A stretch of DNA of 30,064 nucleotides from Coleofasciculus chthonoplastes F2-STO-03 (lineage in GTDB: Bacteria > Cyanobacteriota > Cyanobacteriia > Cyanobacteriales > Coleofasciculaceae): positions 1 to 30,064 of the forward strand of contig JAVJWO010000198.1 in the NCBI GenBank assembly GCA_040222015.1. The letters run 5' to 3'. The position numbers were made by a program, and so were the translations under genes. How positions within the stretch are numbered: position 1 is the first letter of the stretch; every line of letters starts with the position of its first letter. The notes below the pieces were generated by a model that was not told the origin of the DNA, ran no database searches, and worked only from the letters and a program-made list of their open reading frames with translations. Below are positions 1 to 9,789 of this stretch, piece by piece.

Positions 1-3000
1 CCGCAGTCGGGAGACCACTTGAGTGGCGAGGAGGGAATGTCCCCCCAGTTCAAAGAAGTTGTGATGGATACCTACTTGCGGCTGTTTCAGGACTGTTGCG
101 AATACATTGGCGATTATTTCTTCTTTTTGTGTTCTTGGCGGCGTCCAAGCCGACTGTGAAGTGAGATCAACTTTGGGTTCTGGCAAGGCACGGCGATCGA
201 GTTTGCCGTTGGGGGTCAAGGGTAAAGCCTCTAAGAACACAAAGGCGGCAGGTATCATGTATTCGGGCAATTTCTGCCGGAGAAAGCCCTGTAGTGTACT
301 GATGGTCGGTTGTTCTCTCTGATGCACCACATAAGCGACCAAACGTTTATGCTGATCAGCGTCTTCCCAAACTAAGACCGCCGTCTCCTTGACCTGTGGG
401 CATTGAGTCAAAACAGTTTCTATTTCCCCGAGTTCGATGCGGAAACCTCGAATTTTCACCTGATAGTCCATCCGACCCAGAAATTCAATTGTGCCGTTGG
501 GCAGGTAGCGAACCCGATCGCCTGTACGGTACAGTCGGAGTCCTGGCTCTTGGGCAAAGGGATCACAGATGAAAACTTCTGCTGTTCGTTGCGGATTGTT
601 CAGATAGCCTCGTCCTACACCGTGACCGCCAACATAGAGTTCTCCGGTTACTCCTATGGGTAGCGGTTGCAATTGAGCATCCAACACATACAATCTTGTA
701 TTCCCTACTGGACGACCAATGGGCATATTTAACACCTCGGTCGTTGGCGGCTGGAAAATAAAGTGATGAGTGACATCATCAGAACATTCAGTCGGACCAT
801 AGGCATTGACCATGGGAATGGTCGGATAGTAGTCGAACCACTGACGACACAACTGGGGGGGCAATGCTTCTCCTGTCAGGATTAACCATCGTAATGTTGA
901 CAAGTCAAACCGTTGGTGCTGCTCACCCTTGAGGTCTTCAATCACCATCCGTAACAAGGATGGCACGATCTCCAAAAGGGTGATTTGCTGTTCCTCGACT
1001 TGAGAGAGCAGTTGAGTCGATTGTGCCGCCACCTCATCATTGAAGATATACACTCGACCGCCGACTAACAGGGCGACGAGGAATTGCCAAACTGAAATAT
1101 CAAAACTCTGGCGGGCATTTTGGGCGACGCGATCGCGATGGGTCAGTTGCAGGTCTTGGATTTTGGCATATAAGTGATTCACCATGCCCCGATGTTCGAC
1201 CATTGCTCCTTTCGGGACTCCTGTCGAGCCTGATGTATAAATCACATAGGCGAGATGATGGGGCTGACAGTCAATGGTCAGGTTTTCGGCTGACTGCTGC
1301 TCCCACAAGTCTTCCAGGTGCAATAGTTTGGGGTGGGCTGGTGAACCGATGCGGTTTAGGGCTTGATCGAGAACAGATTCCAAGGGTTGGGATACCAACA
1401 CAAAGGGGGCTTGACTCTGCTGTAAAACCTCACTGATGCGTTGTTGAGGATACTGGGGATCGAGGGGAAGATAGGCTCCACCTGCCTTGAAGATGGCGAT
1501 CATGCCCGTCAAGAACTCAATGCTGCGATCGGCGAATAGTGCGACTAGGGTTTCGGATCGGACGCCATACTCCACTAGCCGCCTTGCCAAACCATTGGCT
1601 CGGCTGTTCAGTTCGGCATAGGTTACCTGTTTCCCCTCACATACAACGGCTATTGCCTCTGGGGTTTGTTCCACCTGCTTTTCAAACAGTTGATGGATAC
1701 ACTGATCCTGAGGATAATCGTTCTGGGTGTTGTTCCATTCCACGAGCAATTGCTCTCGTTCCCCATCGGTGAGCAGCGGAATTTGCCGGACTGGACAATC
1801 CGGATCGTCAACAATCGCCGCTACCATGGTCTGGAAATGCTCACTCATACGACGAATCGTGTCCGCCTCAAATAAGTCGCTGTTGTACTCCCAGGTTCCG
1901 AATAATCCTGACTCTCCCTCGCCCATTGTCAACATCAGATCAAATTTGGCGATGGTGTGTTCAGGTGTCAATGGTGTCAGGGTCAACTCTGACAACTCCA
2001 GCGTGCCAACGGGCGCATTCTGAATCTCAAACATCACCTGAAACAGGGGGTTGTGACTCAGGCTGCGATCGGGTTGCAAGGCTTCAACGAGCTGTTCAAA
2101 GGGTAAGTCTTGGTGATCATAAGCCTCTAGCGCCATCTGTCTTACCCGTTGTAACAACTCCCAAAAGCTAGGATTACCCTGTAAGTTAATCCGCAGCACT
2201 AAGGTATTAACAAAGAAGCCAATCAGTGGCTCTATCTCTTTCCGATTACGATTAGCAATAGAGGACCCAACCAGAATGTCCGGCTGATGACTGTAGCGTG
2301 ACAACAGCAGCGCAAAAGCGGCGAGCAGCGTCATGAACAAGGTGGTTCCAGCCTGCTGACTTAAGCGTCGGATTTTTTGGGTCAGATCAGCACTGAATTG
2401 AGATCGATGCCTATTCCCTTGAAAGGTTTGCACGGGAGGACGAGGTCGATCTGTGGGCAACTCTAGCAGGGGTGGCGCTCCCGCTAGCTGGTGTTTCCAG
2501 TAGTTGAGTTGAGACTCTAGCACGTCTCCCCGCAGCCATTGCCGTTGCCATTCCGCGAAGTCAGCATACTGGATGGGTAACTCGGCGAGGGGAGAAGATT
2601 CTCCTCGACAGAAGGCTTGGTAGAGTGTTGACAACTCTCGAATAAAAATCCCTACCGACCAAACGTCTGCCACTATATGGTGTACAGTTATTTGTAAAAT
2701 ATGAGAATAGTCAGCTAGTTGTAATAAGTTCACTCTCAGCAAGGAGTCTGAGGAGAGGTTAAAAGGTTTGCTAGCTTCTTCGCTGATATGCTGTTGTACC
2801 TTACCCCATTGCGCCTCTGACGCCATCCCCTTCAAGTCCAGTACCAATAAAGATAGGGGTGCAGAGCTAGCAATGACTTGACAGGGTAAGCCATCAATAA
2901 CCTTAAAGGTTGTTCGCAAAACTTCGTGACGTTGCTGGATTTCCTGTATCGCGCTCTCTAACGCCGCAATATTCAGTTGACCCTCTAGCTGTAATGCACT

Positions 3001-3111
3001 CGAAATATTGTAAGACGTGTTACCCGGTTCTAACTGATCGAGAAACCAGAGTCGTTCTTGAGCAAAGGATAAGGGAAAAATATACAAATCTTCTGAGACT
3101 AGATCAACCAT
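1..3111 (-). CDS. Non-ribosomal peptide synthetase, N-terminal part (condensation-adenylation-PCP); runs off the left edge
   Basis: Manual minus-strand translation from ATG 3111: MVDLVSEDLYIFPLSFAQERLWFLDQLEPG (C1), HHIVADVWS (C active site), LIGFFVNTLVLR, YVIYTSGSTGVPKG (A3), FDISVWQ (A4), NAYGPTE (A5), NFFELGGHSLLATQVVSRLR (PCP) ending at base 1 in the same frame. No stop in the window, so it is missing from the ORF track. Confidence 0.97.
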   Translation of the reverse strand, partial: MVDLVSEDLYIFPLSFAQERLWFLDQLEPGNTSYNISSALQLEGQLNIAALESAIQEIQQRHEVLRTTFKVIDGLPCQVIASSAPLSLLVLDLKGMASEAQWGKVQQHISEEASKPFNLSSDSLLRVNLLQLADYSHILQITVHHIVADVWSVGIFIRELSTLYQAFCRGESSPLAELPIQYADFAEWQRQWLRGDVLESQLNYWKHQLAGAPPLLELPTDRPRPPVQTFQGNRHRSQFSADLTQKIRRLSQQAGTTLFMTLLAAFALLLSRYSHQPDILVGSSIANRNRKEIEPLIGFFVNTLVLRINLQGNPSFWELLQRVRQMALEAYDHQDLPFEQLVEALQPDRSLSHNPLFQVMFEIQNAPVGTLELSELTLTPLTPEHTIAKFDLMLTMGEGESGLFGTWEYNSDLFEADTIRRMSEHFQTMVAAIVDDPDCPVRQIPLLTDGEREQLLVEWNNTQNDYPQDQCIHQLFEKQVEQTPEAIAVVCEGKQVTYAELNSRANGLARRLVEYGVRSETLVALFADRSIEFLTGMIAIFKAGGAYLPLDPQYPQQRISEVLQQSQAPFVLVSQPLESVLDQALNRIGSPAHPKLLHLEDLWEQQSAENLTIDCQPHHLAYVIYTSGSTGVPKGAMVEHRGMVNHLYAKIQDLQLTHRDRVAQNARQSFDISVWQFLVALLVGGRVYIFNDEVAAQSTQLLSQVEEQQITLLEIVPSLLRMVIEDLKGEQHQRFDLSTLRWLILTGEALPPQLCRQWFDYYPTIPMVNAYGPTECSDDVTHHFIFQPPTTEVLNMPIGRPVGNTRLYVLDAQLQPLPIGVTGELYVGGHGVGRGYLNNPQRTAEVFICDPFAQEPGLRLYRTGDRVRYLPNGTIEFLGRMDYQVKIRGFRIELGEIETVLTQCPQVKETAVLVWEDADQHKRLVAYVVHQREQPTISTLQGFLRQKLPEYMIPAAFVFLEALPLTPNGKLDRRALPEPKVDLTSQSAWTPPRTQKEEIIANVFATVLKQPQVGIHHNFFELGGHSLLATQVVSRLR

Positions 3112-3175
3112 ACTGTAACGATTTATCCAATTATTAATGATGATTAACAGAGAATCGCTGTCCAACCCTTGTTCA

Positions 3176-4894
3176 TTAACATCGATTCAATAATAAATTT
3201 ATTTCTGGCAATATTTCATGTTCAACTCTACCATTATTTAATTTGATAATTCGATCGGATAAATGATAATACTGATCATCATGAGTAATCGCGATAACAA
3301 GTTTTACTTTCTGTTTCAAGTCAGGCAATATTTGCGTATAAAAAACGGTCTTAAAGAGAGGATCTTGATCGGCAGCCCATTCATCAAACACGTATATCGG
3401 TCGATCTTCTAGGTAAGCAGAGAGCAAGGCAAGACGTTTTCGCTGCCCCTGAGATAACGTTGTGGTTGACAGTACACCATTATTTACTTTTACCTTGTCA
3501 TCAAGTTGCAGCTTAACCAGATAATCATGAATTTTTTCGTCCGATATGATTTTACCGGAATTCAACCAATTCTCAAATAGGTAAAAGTCGAAGAAAACCA
3601 CCGAAAAATACTGTCGATACCAATCAGTATTTTCAGCATTGATTTCTTTACTGTTGAGTAATATCTTACCATCTACTGGACTATAAAGACCCGTTAAAAT
3701 TTTGATCAAGGTTGACTTTCCACTTCCATTGCCTCCAATCAGAAAAACAATCTCTCCTGGGTAGAATTTTAAATCAATCGGTCCGACTGTAAAAACAGAA
3801 TCATCAATTTTATTTTGATAGGTATAAGTAACATGGCTCAGTTCTAGGCACTGGAGCTGTAGGGGAGGAATTAACTGATCGGACTGAGGCAAGTTGTGGC
3901 TAACACTATTGGTAGACGTCTGTTCTTCACTACTGGTTAAACTCAACCTATCTTGATCACTGTCTTCGTTAGCAGACATTAATTTCAAATCAAGCAACTT
4001 AATCTTGTCCAGCGCCACCCTAGCCTTACTGAATGTAGTTAACGAAGTCATGATAGAATCTAACGGCACAATCAGATAAGTAATCGTCAAGACGTAACCG
4101 GATAAAACATGACTTTGAGCATTGTTTAAAGTGGGCAATAGAAAAATAACTATACCAATTGCCACAAAAAAAAGAATTTGCGCCCAGCTTGTTGCTACCG
4201 CAAATAGACTCATGCCAACCACATTCTCATGTCGGTAGGATTGTGCCGTTTCTTGCAGATCTTGCAACAGGATTTCTCGTTTTGTCTCATGAAGCATTAA
4301 CTCCTTGGTTCCCTCGGTGATACCGCGAAACTCTTTAAACAGTTGATCCTGCTGTTCCCGAGCCAAACTCATAAATTCTCTTGCCTTATTAGCGGTTAGC
4401 TGATAACTTCCGATTCCGATTACCAGAAAAACTAGGATAAGCATAAACACGGTAGGAGAAAGCCAACATAGATAAACCAAGCAACTGATGACAATAACAG
4501 CATTAACACAGACTCTAGGTAAAATTATAGCGACACTAGAGATTGACTGAATATCATCAGTCAGTGTCGCCAGAATCCGATGATTGCCCAGCTTTTCTAA
4601 ATGAGATAAAGGCGAGTCTAGAATCATTTTGCTCAAAAGCATTCTCAGATTTAAAATAACTTCTTGTGCCAGCGATATCAATAGAGTTTGAGAAAGGATG
4701 TTGCTAATAAAACGGAAAAAGCAGAGAGAAACAAAACCAATAATGATTAATTTATTCACCCCTAAAGGATCAACTTCACTATTATTAATAATCGCAATGA
4801 TCCCTGTCGTCGTTAGTCCGCTGAGTAAGCTGGTGATAGCGGCAATAACAAGAACTTTCCAAGAGGACGTGACAAGAAGACGAATGAGATACAT
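3176..4894 (-). CDS. Cyclic peptide export ABC transporter (SyrD/PvdE/YojI family), fused TMD+NBD
   Basis: About 6 TM segments, Walker A GGNGSGKST, family signature LSQGQRKRLALL and DRPIYVFDEWAADQDP. Confidence 0.95.
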   Translation of the reverse strand: MYLIRLLVTSSWKVLVIAAITSLLSGLTTTGIIAIINNSEVDPLGVNKLIIIGFVSLCFFRFISNILSQTLLISLAQEVILNLRMLLSKMILDSPLSHLEKLGNHRILATLTDDIQSISSVAIILPRVCVNAVIVISCLVYLCWLSPTVFMLILVFLVIGIGSYQLTANKAREFMSLAREQQDQLFKEFRGITEGTKELMLHETKREILLQDLQETAQSYRHENVVGMSLFAVATSWAQILFFVAIGIVIFLLPTLNNAQSHVLSGYVLTITYLIVPLDSIMTSLTTFSKARVALDKIKLLDLKLMSANEDSDQDRLSLTSSEEQTSTNSVSHNLPQSDQLIPPLQLQCLELSHVTYTYQNKIDDSVFTVGPIDLKFYPGEIVFLIGGNGSGKSTLIKILTGLYSPVDGKILLNSKEINAENTDWYRQYFSVVFFDFYLFENWLNSGKIISDEKIHDYLVKLQLDDKVKVNNGVLSTTTLSQGQRKRLALLSAYLEDRPIYVFDEWAADQDPLFKTVFYTQILPDLKQKVKLVIAITHDDQYYHLSDRIIKLNNGRVEHEILPEINLLLNRC

Positions 4895-4966
4895 GGTTTT
4901 GGGGGCTTAACTAATTCCAATAAAAAGCGATTGGCTTGGATATTGTATCGATTGCTTGTCACTCCC

Positions 4967-6019
4967 TTACTCGTCTTCACGCTGTAACCATGACACTGGG
5001 AAAAATGATGTCAGCCTAGTCCCTAAATTAGTCTCATTTGCTAGTTGGTAGGCTAGTTGTCCTAAAGCCATGTCAAGTACGCCAAGTCCGAAGGGACTAA
5101 ATACAGCAATTTTACTGTTATTTTGCCGAGGAGCAGCCACACCATTGAGGATATCACTAAGGGGACATCTGATGAAATCTCGATTCCCGGTTTTTTGTTC
5201 AGCCAGATGAATCGATGTTTGCGCCCGACACACATGATCGATATCATCAACAATGTTGTCCACAGATAAGATTATTTCAGGGGACAAGTCTCGTAGGGAC
5301 GTGTGTAAAATAATACTATCAGATTGGCAGGCTGAAATGTCAACTATATGGGGTTGGCTTGCTGTTGTTGCCAAGGCGATTACCGAGGAATGTTTAAATA
5401 CATCATCGGAATGATCAACAATTACCAGTTCGATTTTTTGAGATAATTGCTGACATTTACGTTTGAATTGCTCAGATTTTTCCCAACTTACATCATAAAG
5501 GAATAATGTTTCGATTTCCGGGCGAACCCTCAAAAGGAAGCGAACCGTCTCAAAATTAATTAAACCACAGCCAATCAAACCCACTGTAGCCAACGATTGC
5601 TGGTCTCGCAGGTAATGCGCTGCGAGTGCCGCACTAGCTGCCGTGCGCTTGGCACTAATAACAGAGCCTTCCATAATAGCTTGTGGACGTCCTGTTTCTG
5701 TCGAATTAATAATTAAAATAGCTGAAGCTCTTTCCATACCCTTAGCTAAATTGCCGGGAAAAGAAGCAATCCATTTAATGCCTGCTGTATTGATCTCACC
5801 GCCCAAGTAAGCTGGCAAGGCAATAATTCGTTCCTTGTTTTTATCCGGAAAACGTAAAAAACTAGAATGAGGCAGGGTGCTATCGCCTCGACCATGTATA
5901 TTATAGGTTAATTTGACCAGATCCAGGATTTCCTGTTCGCGGTTTTTGAAGAGAGTAATAATATCATCACCTTTGAGAAGAAGAACGTTATCCGTATTGC
6001 TTGTATTATAATTTTCCAT
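4967..6019 (-). CDS. sbnB: 2,3-diaminopropionate biosynthesis protein SbnB (ornithine cyclodeaminase family)
   Basis: RIIALPAYL, GIKWIASFPGN, MERASA, GLIGCGLIN NAD-binding motif; directly downstream of sbnA. Confidence 0.92.
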   Translation of the reverse strand: MENYNTSNTDNVLLLKGDDIITLFKNREQEILDLVKLTYNIHGRGDSTLPHSSFLRFPDKNKERIIALPAYLGGEINTAGIKWIASFPGNLAKGMERASAILIINSTETGRPQAIMEGSVISAKRTAASAALAAHYLRDQQSLATVGLIGCGLINFETVRFLLRVRPEIETLFLYDVSWEKSEQFKRKCQQLSQKIELVIVDHSDDVFKHSSVIALATTASQPHIVDISACQSDSIILHTSLRDLSPEIILSVDNIVDDIDHVCRAQTSIHLAEQKTGNRDFIRCPLSDILNGVAAPRQNNSKIAVFSPFGLGVLDMALGQLAYQLANETNLGTRLTSFFPVSWLQREDE

Positions 6020-6145
6020 GCTGGCTGTTTATTTAGTCTGGCAATGATTTCGGCAAACGCTAGTTCTTGCTAAAGTTTTAAAATTCAGGCTATTTTGTCC
6101 CTATTTTTTCATCAGAGTCTTCTGAATCAGTAACATTTCCTATTA

Positions 6146-7168
6146 TTAGTTCAACAGCGTGACATTCAACGTACCAAAGTGTTTTTCAACCCAACTATCG
6201 GAATATACAGTATCAAGGTAGCGCTCGCCGCGATCGCACAGAATCGCTGCACAAGTTGCCCCCTCTGGAATGTCTGCTCTTTTTTTCGCGATCGCACTGA
6301 TCACTCCCCCAGATGAGCCTCCCGCTAATATTGCCTCCCAACGGAGCAAATGGCGGCAGCCTACTACACATTCTAAATCAGATACATGGATATAGGCATC
6401 TTCTAGTCCCGGTTGGAACAATTCTGGCACTCGCGCTGCCCCATGTCCTGGTAAGAGTCGCTTGGCTCGTTTATCGCCAAAAATGACGCTTCCCTTGGCA
6501 TCAACAGCAATAATTTTTGTACTGAGGTTGTTACTTCTAATATATTCAGCGCAGCCACGGAGGGTGCCACAGCTACTGGTTGAACAAAATAAATAGTCAA
6601 GTTTTCCATTAAGGGATGTGACTATTTCGTGCATTGTCTGATGATGAGCAGAGGCATTATTTACGTTGGCATATTGATTACACCAAAAGCTATTCGGAAT
6701 AGAACTTAGCAAGAATTTAACTCGATCAATGCGAACGGGCAAAAAATCACCAGTGATGGGATCGGGCTTGGTCACCAGATCAACCTCTGCCCCATAAGCT
6801 TTGAGAATGTTAATATTTTGCTTGGTTGTTTTGGGATCAACAACACAGATAAAACGTAACCCTAGAAACGCACAGGTTTGCGCCAAGCCTATGCCTAAGT
6901 TCCCGGAACTCGATTCAATAATTGTACTGTTGGCTTGAATATCTCCTCTAAAAATCGCATTTTTAATAATATTAAAAGCTGAACGATCTTTAATACTACC
7001 TCCAGGATTAAACATTTCTAGTTTGCCAAAAAGTTGAAATTTAGCATCCTTGAAAACATGGTTTAATTTTACTAATGGCGTAGTTCCTATTGTCCCTAAA
7101 ACACCTTCATTGATTGAATTTATATCGATGAACGCATCTTCAACTGGATACTGCTTAGTTAATTTCAT
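6146..7168 (-). CDS. sbnA: 2,3-diaminopropionate biosynthesis protein SbnA (PLP-dependent, cysteine synthase fold)
   Basis: KLEMFNPGGSIKDR (PLP Lys), ESSSGNLG, GGSSG, DRGERYLDTVYSD; paired with sbnB. Confidence 0.92.
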   Translation of the reverse strand: MKLTKQYPVEDAFIDINSINEGVLGTIGTTPLVKLNHVFKDAKFQLFGKLEMFNPGGSIKDRSAFNIIKNAIFRGDIQANSTIIESSSGNLGIGLAQTCAFLGLRFICVVDPKTTKQNINILKAYGAEVDLVTKPDPITGDFLPVRIDRVKFLLSSIPNSFWCNQYANVNNASAHHQTMHEIVTSLNGKLDYLFCSTSSCGTLRGCAEYIRSNNLSTKIIAVDAKGSVIFGDKRAKRLLPGHGAARVPELFQPGLEDAYIHVSDLECVVGCRHLLRWEAILAGGSSGGVISAIAKKRADIPEGATCAAILCDRGERYLDTVYSDSWVEKHFGTLNVTLLN

Positions 7169-7320
7169 TTTTTCTAATTATCTACACGATTGGATTTGCT
7201 GAGATATCGCTATTTAATTTATTAACTCGCTTCCAGGGAAACATTCTTAAAAATTATCGAAACATATTGTGCCGCTTAAAATATACATAACACCACCGAT
7301 ACGGTATACACTAAACCGGA

Positions 7321-8136
7321 TTAAATTGTAGTATACCTATCATCTTTTTCCGGTTGTAATGGCGTGTAATCTCGGCAGACTAAAAATTCTGGTCGCCGTT
7401 GTTTCTTAGGGATGGGAATATTTTGGACGCTGCTGTAGGTAATAATAATTTGCCGACGATTGTAAGGAGAAATATTAGGCACAGAGGCGTGAGCTATATT
7501 GCCATGAAAAAACAGGACAGAACCTTTGGCACCAACAGGAGCGACAATCCCACGGTTTTTTGCCATTTTCTCAACATTATTATGGCTCAAACAGTACTTA
7601 AGATTAGCGCTGAAATTAGCTTGCCAATCGGCAGCTTCGCCATGACCATTTGATTCACTCGCTTCAACATCAATCAATCCATACTTGTGAGAGCCAGGAA
7701 TTAGATAGAGAGGACTATTGAACTGATTAACCTCATCCAAGAAAATACTGACATTTAATACCTCAGGACGAGGTAGACCATCTTCTTTATACCAAAATGT
7801 GTAGTCTTGATGCCAGGGCCACACATCACCTCGGAAAGCCGCTTTCATATTCACTTTAAACTGGTAAAGATAAACCCATTCGTTGAGAATTTGTTGAGCG
7901 GGCTGTACCAAACGATGGTGTTGAACCAAGCTCTTAAGAACTTGGCTATATTCGTGACAACCATGCAAGGCACGTACTGTTTTATTGTCGTTCTCTAAAA
8001 TCGTACCTGGAGCATCCTTGGGTAGCCTTTCAAGTTCTCTCTCTAGGTGGCTTATTTCTTGATGAGAGAAATAGTCACCAAGAAATAAGAATCCATTTTT
8101 TTCGTAATCTTTGCGCTGATTTTCCGATAAGAGCAT
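7321..8136 (-). CDS. Fe(II)/2-oxoglutarate dioxygenase, PhyH family; L-proline trans-4-hydroxylase-like
   Basis: YQFKVNMKAAFRGDVWPWHQDYTFWYKEDG with HxD motif, distal His in FHGNIAHAS and 2OG-binding Arg. Confidence 0.85.
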   Translation of the reverse strand: MLLSENQRKDYEKNGFLFLGDYFSHQEISHLERELERLPKDAPGTILENDNKTVRALHGCHEYSQVLKSLVQHHRLVQPAQQILNEWVYLYQFKVNMKAAFRGDVWPWHQDYTFWYKEDGLPRPEVLNVSIFLDEVNQFNSPLYLIPGSHKYGLIDVEASESNGHGEAADWQANFSANLKYCLSHNNVEKMAKNRGIVAPVGAKGSVLFFHGNIAHASVPNISPYNRRQIIITYSSVQNIPIPKKQRRPEFLVCRDYTPLQPEKDDRYTTI

Positions 8137-8381
8137 GATTGTTTAGCCCATATTTAAAACTTGTTGGCTTTTTTTCAGGAAATTACTCAGGGCGTTGCTA
8201 GGACAAGCCATCCGAATAATACTGATCAATATAATACACCATAATCTGGAAAAAGCAAAACTTTTTACGCCTTAATTATCAGATATGCTATTCCATTTTA
8301 TTTATCCACACAACCGGAATCTAGGTTAAACTGTGATTGCATGGTTTAGCTTGCTTACTCTCCCCATAAGCATCGGTATAC

Positions 8382-9713
8382 ATGATGACGGAAAACCTCA
8401 AATCAGTGATAACTTATAAACATAAAATCAAGTGTCCAATTTGTCAAACTCAACTCGATGACAATGGGTTCATCTTGGAATGTCCAACTCAACACGAGCC
8501 GACACTACTGACAACAAACTACTCGACTAAACAGTTTAAGCCGGATGAGCATAGTCCAGGTATTTTTCGATATAGAAGCTGGCTGCCGATCATTCGTAAC
8601 TTAACGAGTAGAGCAGGGGGAACAGTAACGTACCAAAGTCAAAAACTTAACCAACGTTTAGGTCTTCCCAACCTCTGGATCGCCTTCAACGGTTATTGGT
8701 CAGAAAAAGGTGCCACACTTGAAAGCGCTACCTTCAAAGATCTGGAAGCTTACGCCGTGCTTTCGCGAATTCCAGTGTGGCACGACGGTATTTTGGTTGT
8801 TCCCTCAGCCGGCAATACGGCGGCAGCGTTTGCCCATGTTTGTTCCCAGAATCAAGTGCCATGTTTGATCATTATTCCTCAAAGCGGACTCTGCAAAATG
8901 CGGTTTTCCCAACCCCTCGATCCCTGTGTAAAGGTTGTGTCTTTGACTGGCTTCACCGACTATTACGATGCGATCGCTCTTGCCAATCGTGTATCAAAAC
9001 TTAACGGTTTTTTTATCGAGGGAGGTGTGAAAAATGTGGGACGACGTGATGGAATTGGTACAACTCTACTCAATGCCGTTGAGCGGATTGGACAATTGCC
9101 AGACTACTACTTTCAAGCGATCGGCAGTGGTGCTGGGGGAATTGCTGTTCATGAAGCAGCAAAGAGGCTGGTTGCTGATGGTCAATTTGGTCAAAAACTC
9201 CCACGCCTGATGTTGAGCCAAAATTTCCCCTTTGTTCCGATTTACAACTCCTGGCATTCAAAACGGCGGGAGTTAGTCAGCATTGACAGCCAAATTGGGA
9301 AGAAGCAAATACAGCAAATTGTGGCTGATGTTTTATCAAATCGACAACCCCCCTATTCGGTTAAAGGAGGAGTCTTTGATGTGCTGACGGAAAGTCAGGG
9401 CGATATGTTAATAGCTAATAATCTCCAAACCATCCGTGCCATTGAACTATTCAAAGAAACTGAAGGAGTCCATATCGAGCCAGCTGCAGGCGTAGCCCTT
9501 GCGACTCTGCACAAGGCTGTAACCGATGAACAGATTGACCGGACGGCTATCATCCTTCTCCATATTACAGGTGGGCGATGGCATCAAGACCAGTTAAATC
9601 AAAGGTTGATTCCTGTTGAGCCATCTCTTTGTCTCGATGAGCAGGCACTTTTCGCGCCAGAGACATTAGAGAAAGTGATCGGATTATTTGGATCAACGAT
9701 TAAAAGCTGTTAA
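8382..9713 (+). CDS. Cysteate synthase (PLP-dependent, threonine synthase fold)
   Basis: N-terminal CPIC...C Zn-ribbon-like segment, LWIAFNGYW, TFKDLEA (PLP Lys), SAGNTA, EGGVKNVGRRDG, PDYYFQAIGSGAGGIA, LSNRQPPYS, all characteristic of the cysteate synthase subfamily. Confidence 0.85.
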   Translation: MMTENLKSVITYKHKIKCPICQTQLDDNGFILECPTQHEPTLLTTNYSTKQFKPDEHSPGIFRYRSWLPIIRNLTSRAGGTVTYQSQKLNQRLGLPNLWIAFNGYWSEKGATLESATFKDLEAYAVLSRIPVWHDGILVVPSAGNTAAAFAHVCSQNQVPCLIIIPQSGLCKMRFSQPLDPCVKVVSLTGFTDYYDAIALANRVSKLNGFFIEGGVKNVGRRDGIGTTLLNAVERIGQLPDYYFQAIGSGAGGIAVHEAAKRLVADGQFGQKLPRLMLSQNFPFVPIYNSWHSKRRELVSIDSQIGKKQIQQIVADVLSNRQPPYSVKGGVFDVLTESQGDMLIANNLQTIRAIELFKETEGVHIEPAAGVALATLHKAVTDEQIDRTAIILLHITGGRWHQDQLNQRLIPVEPSLCLDEQALFAPETLEKVIGLFGSTIKSC

Positions 9714-9742
9714 CAATCCTCAAGTCATCTTGAAAACAACTG

Positions 9743-9770
9743 CCTGAAAAGCGCTACAGCGTTTTTCAGT
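9743..9770. terminator. Hairpin between convergent genes, possible bidirectional terminator
   Basis: CTGAAAAGCGCT-AC-AGCGTTTTTCAG imperfect inverted repeat between the stops at 9713 and 9790. Confidence 0.4.
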
Positions 9771-9789
9771 TACTCCCTCGATCCTTAAA

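Noticed and set aside
107..3137. Short plus-strand ORFs in the track
   Set aside because: Antisense shadows of the minus-strand NRPS; no motifs of their own.
4967..7168. Staphyloferrin B siderophore pathway
   Set aside because: Only sbnA and sbnB are present. There are no NIS synthetases, TonB-dependent receptor or convincing Fur box in the window.
7321..8136. Ectoine hydroxylase ectD
   Set aside because: Lacks the WHSDFETWH signature, and there are no ectABC genes nearby.
8382..9713. Housekeeping threonine synthase thrC
   Set aside because: Motifs (FNGYW, TFKDLEA, NVGRRDG) fit cysteate synthase rather than the SFKDRG type.
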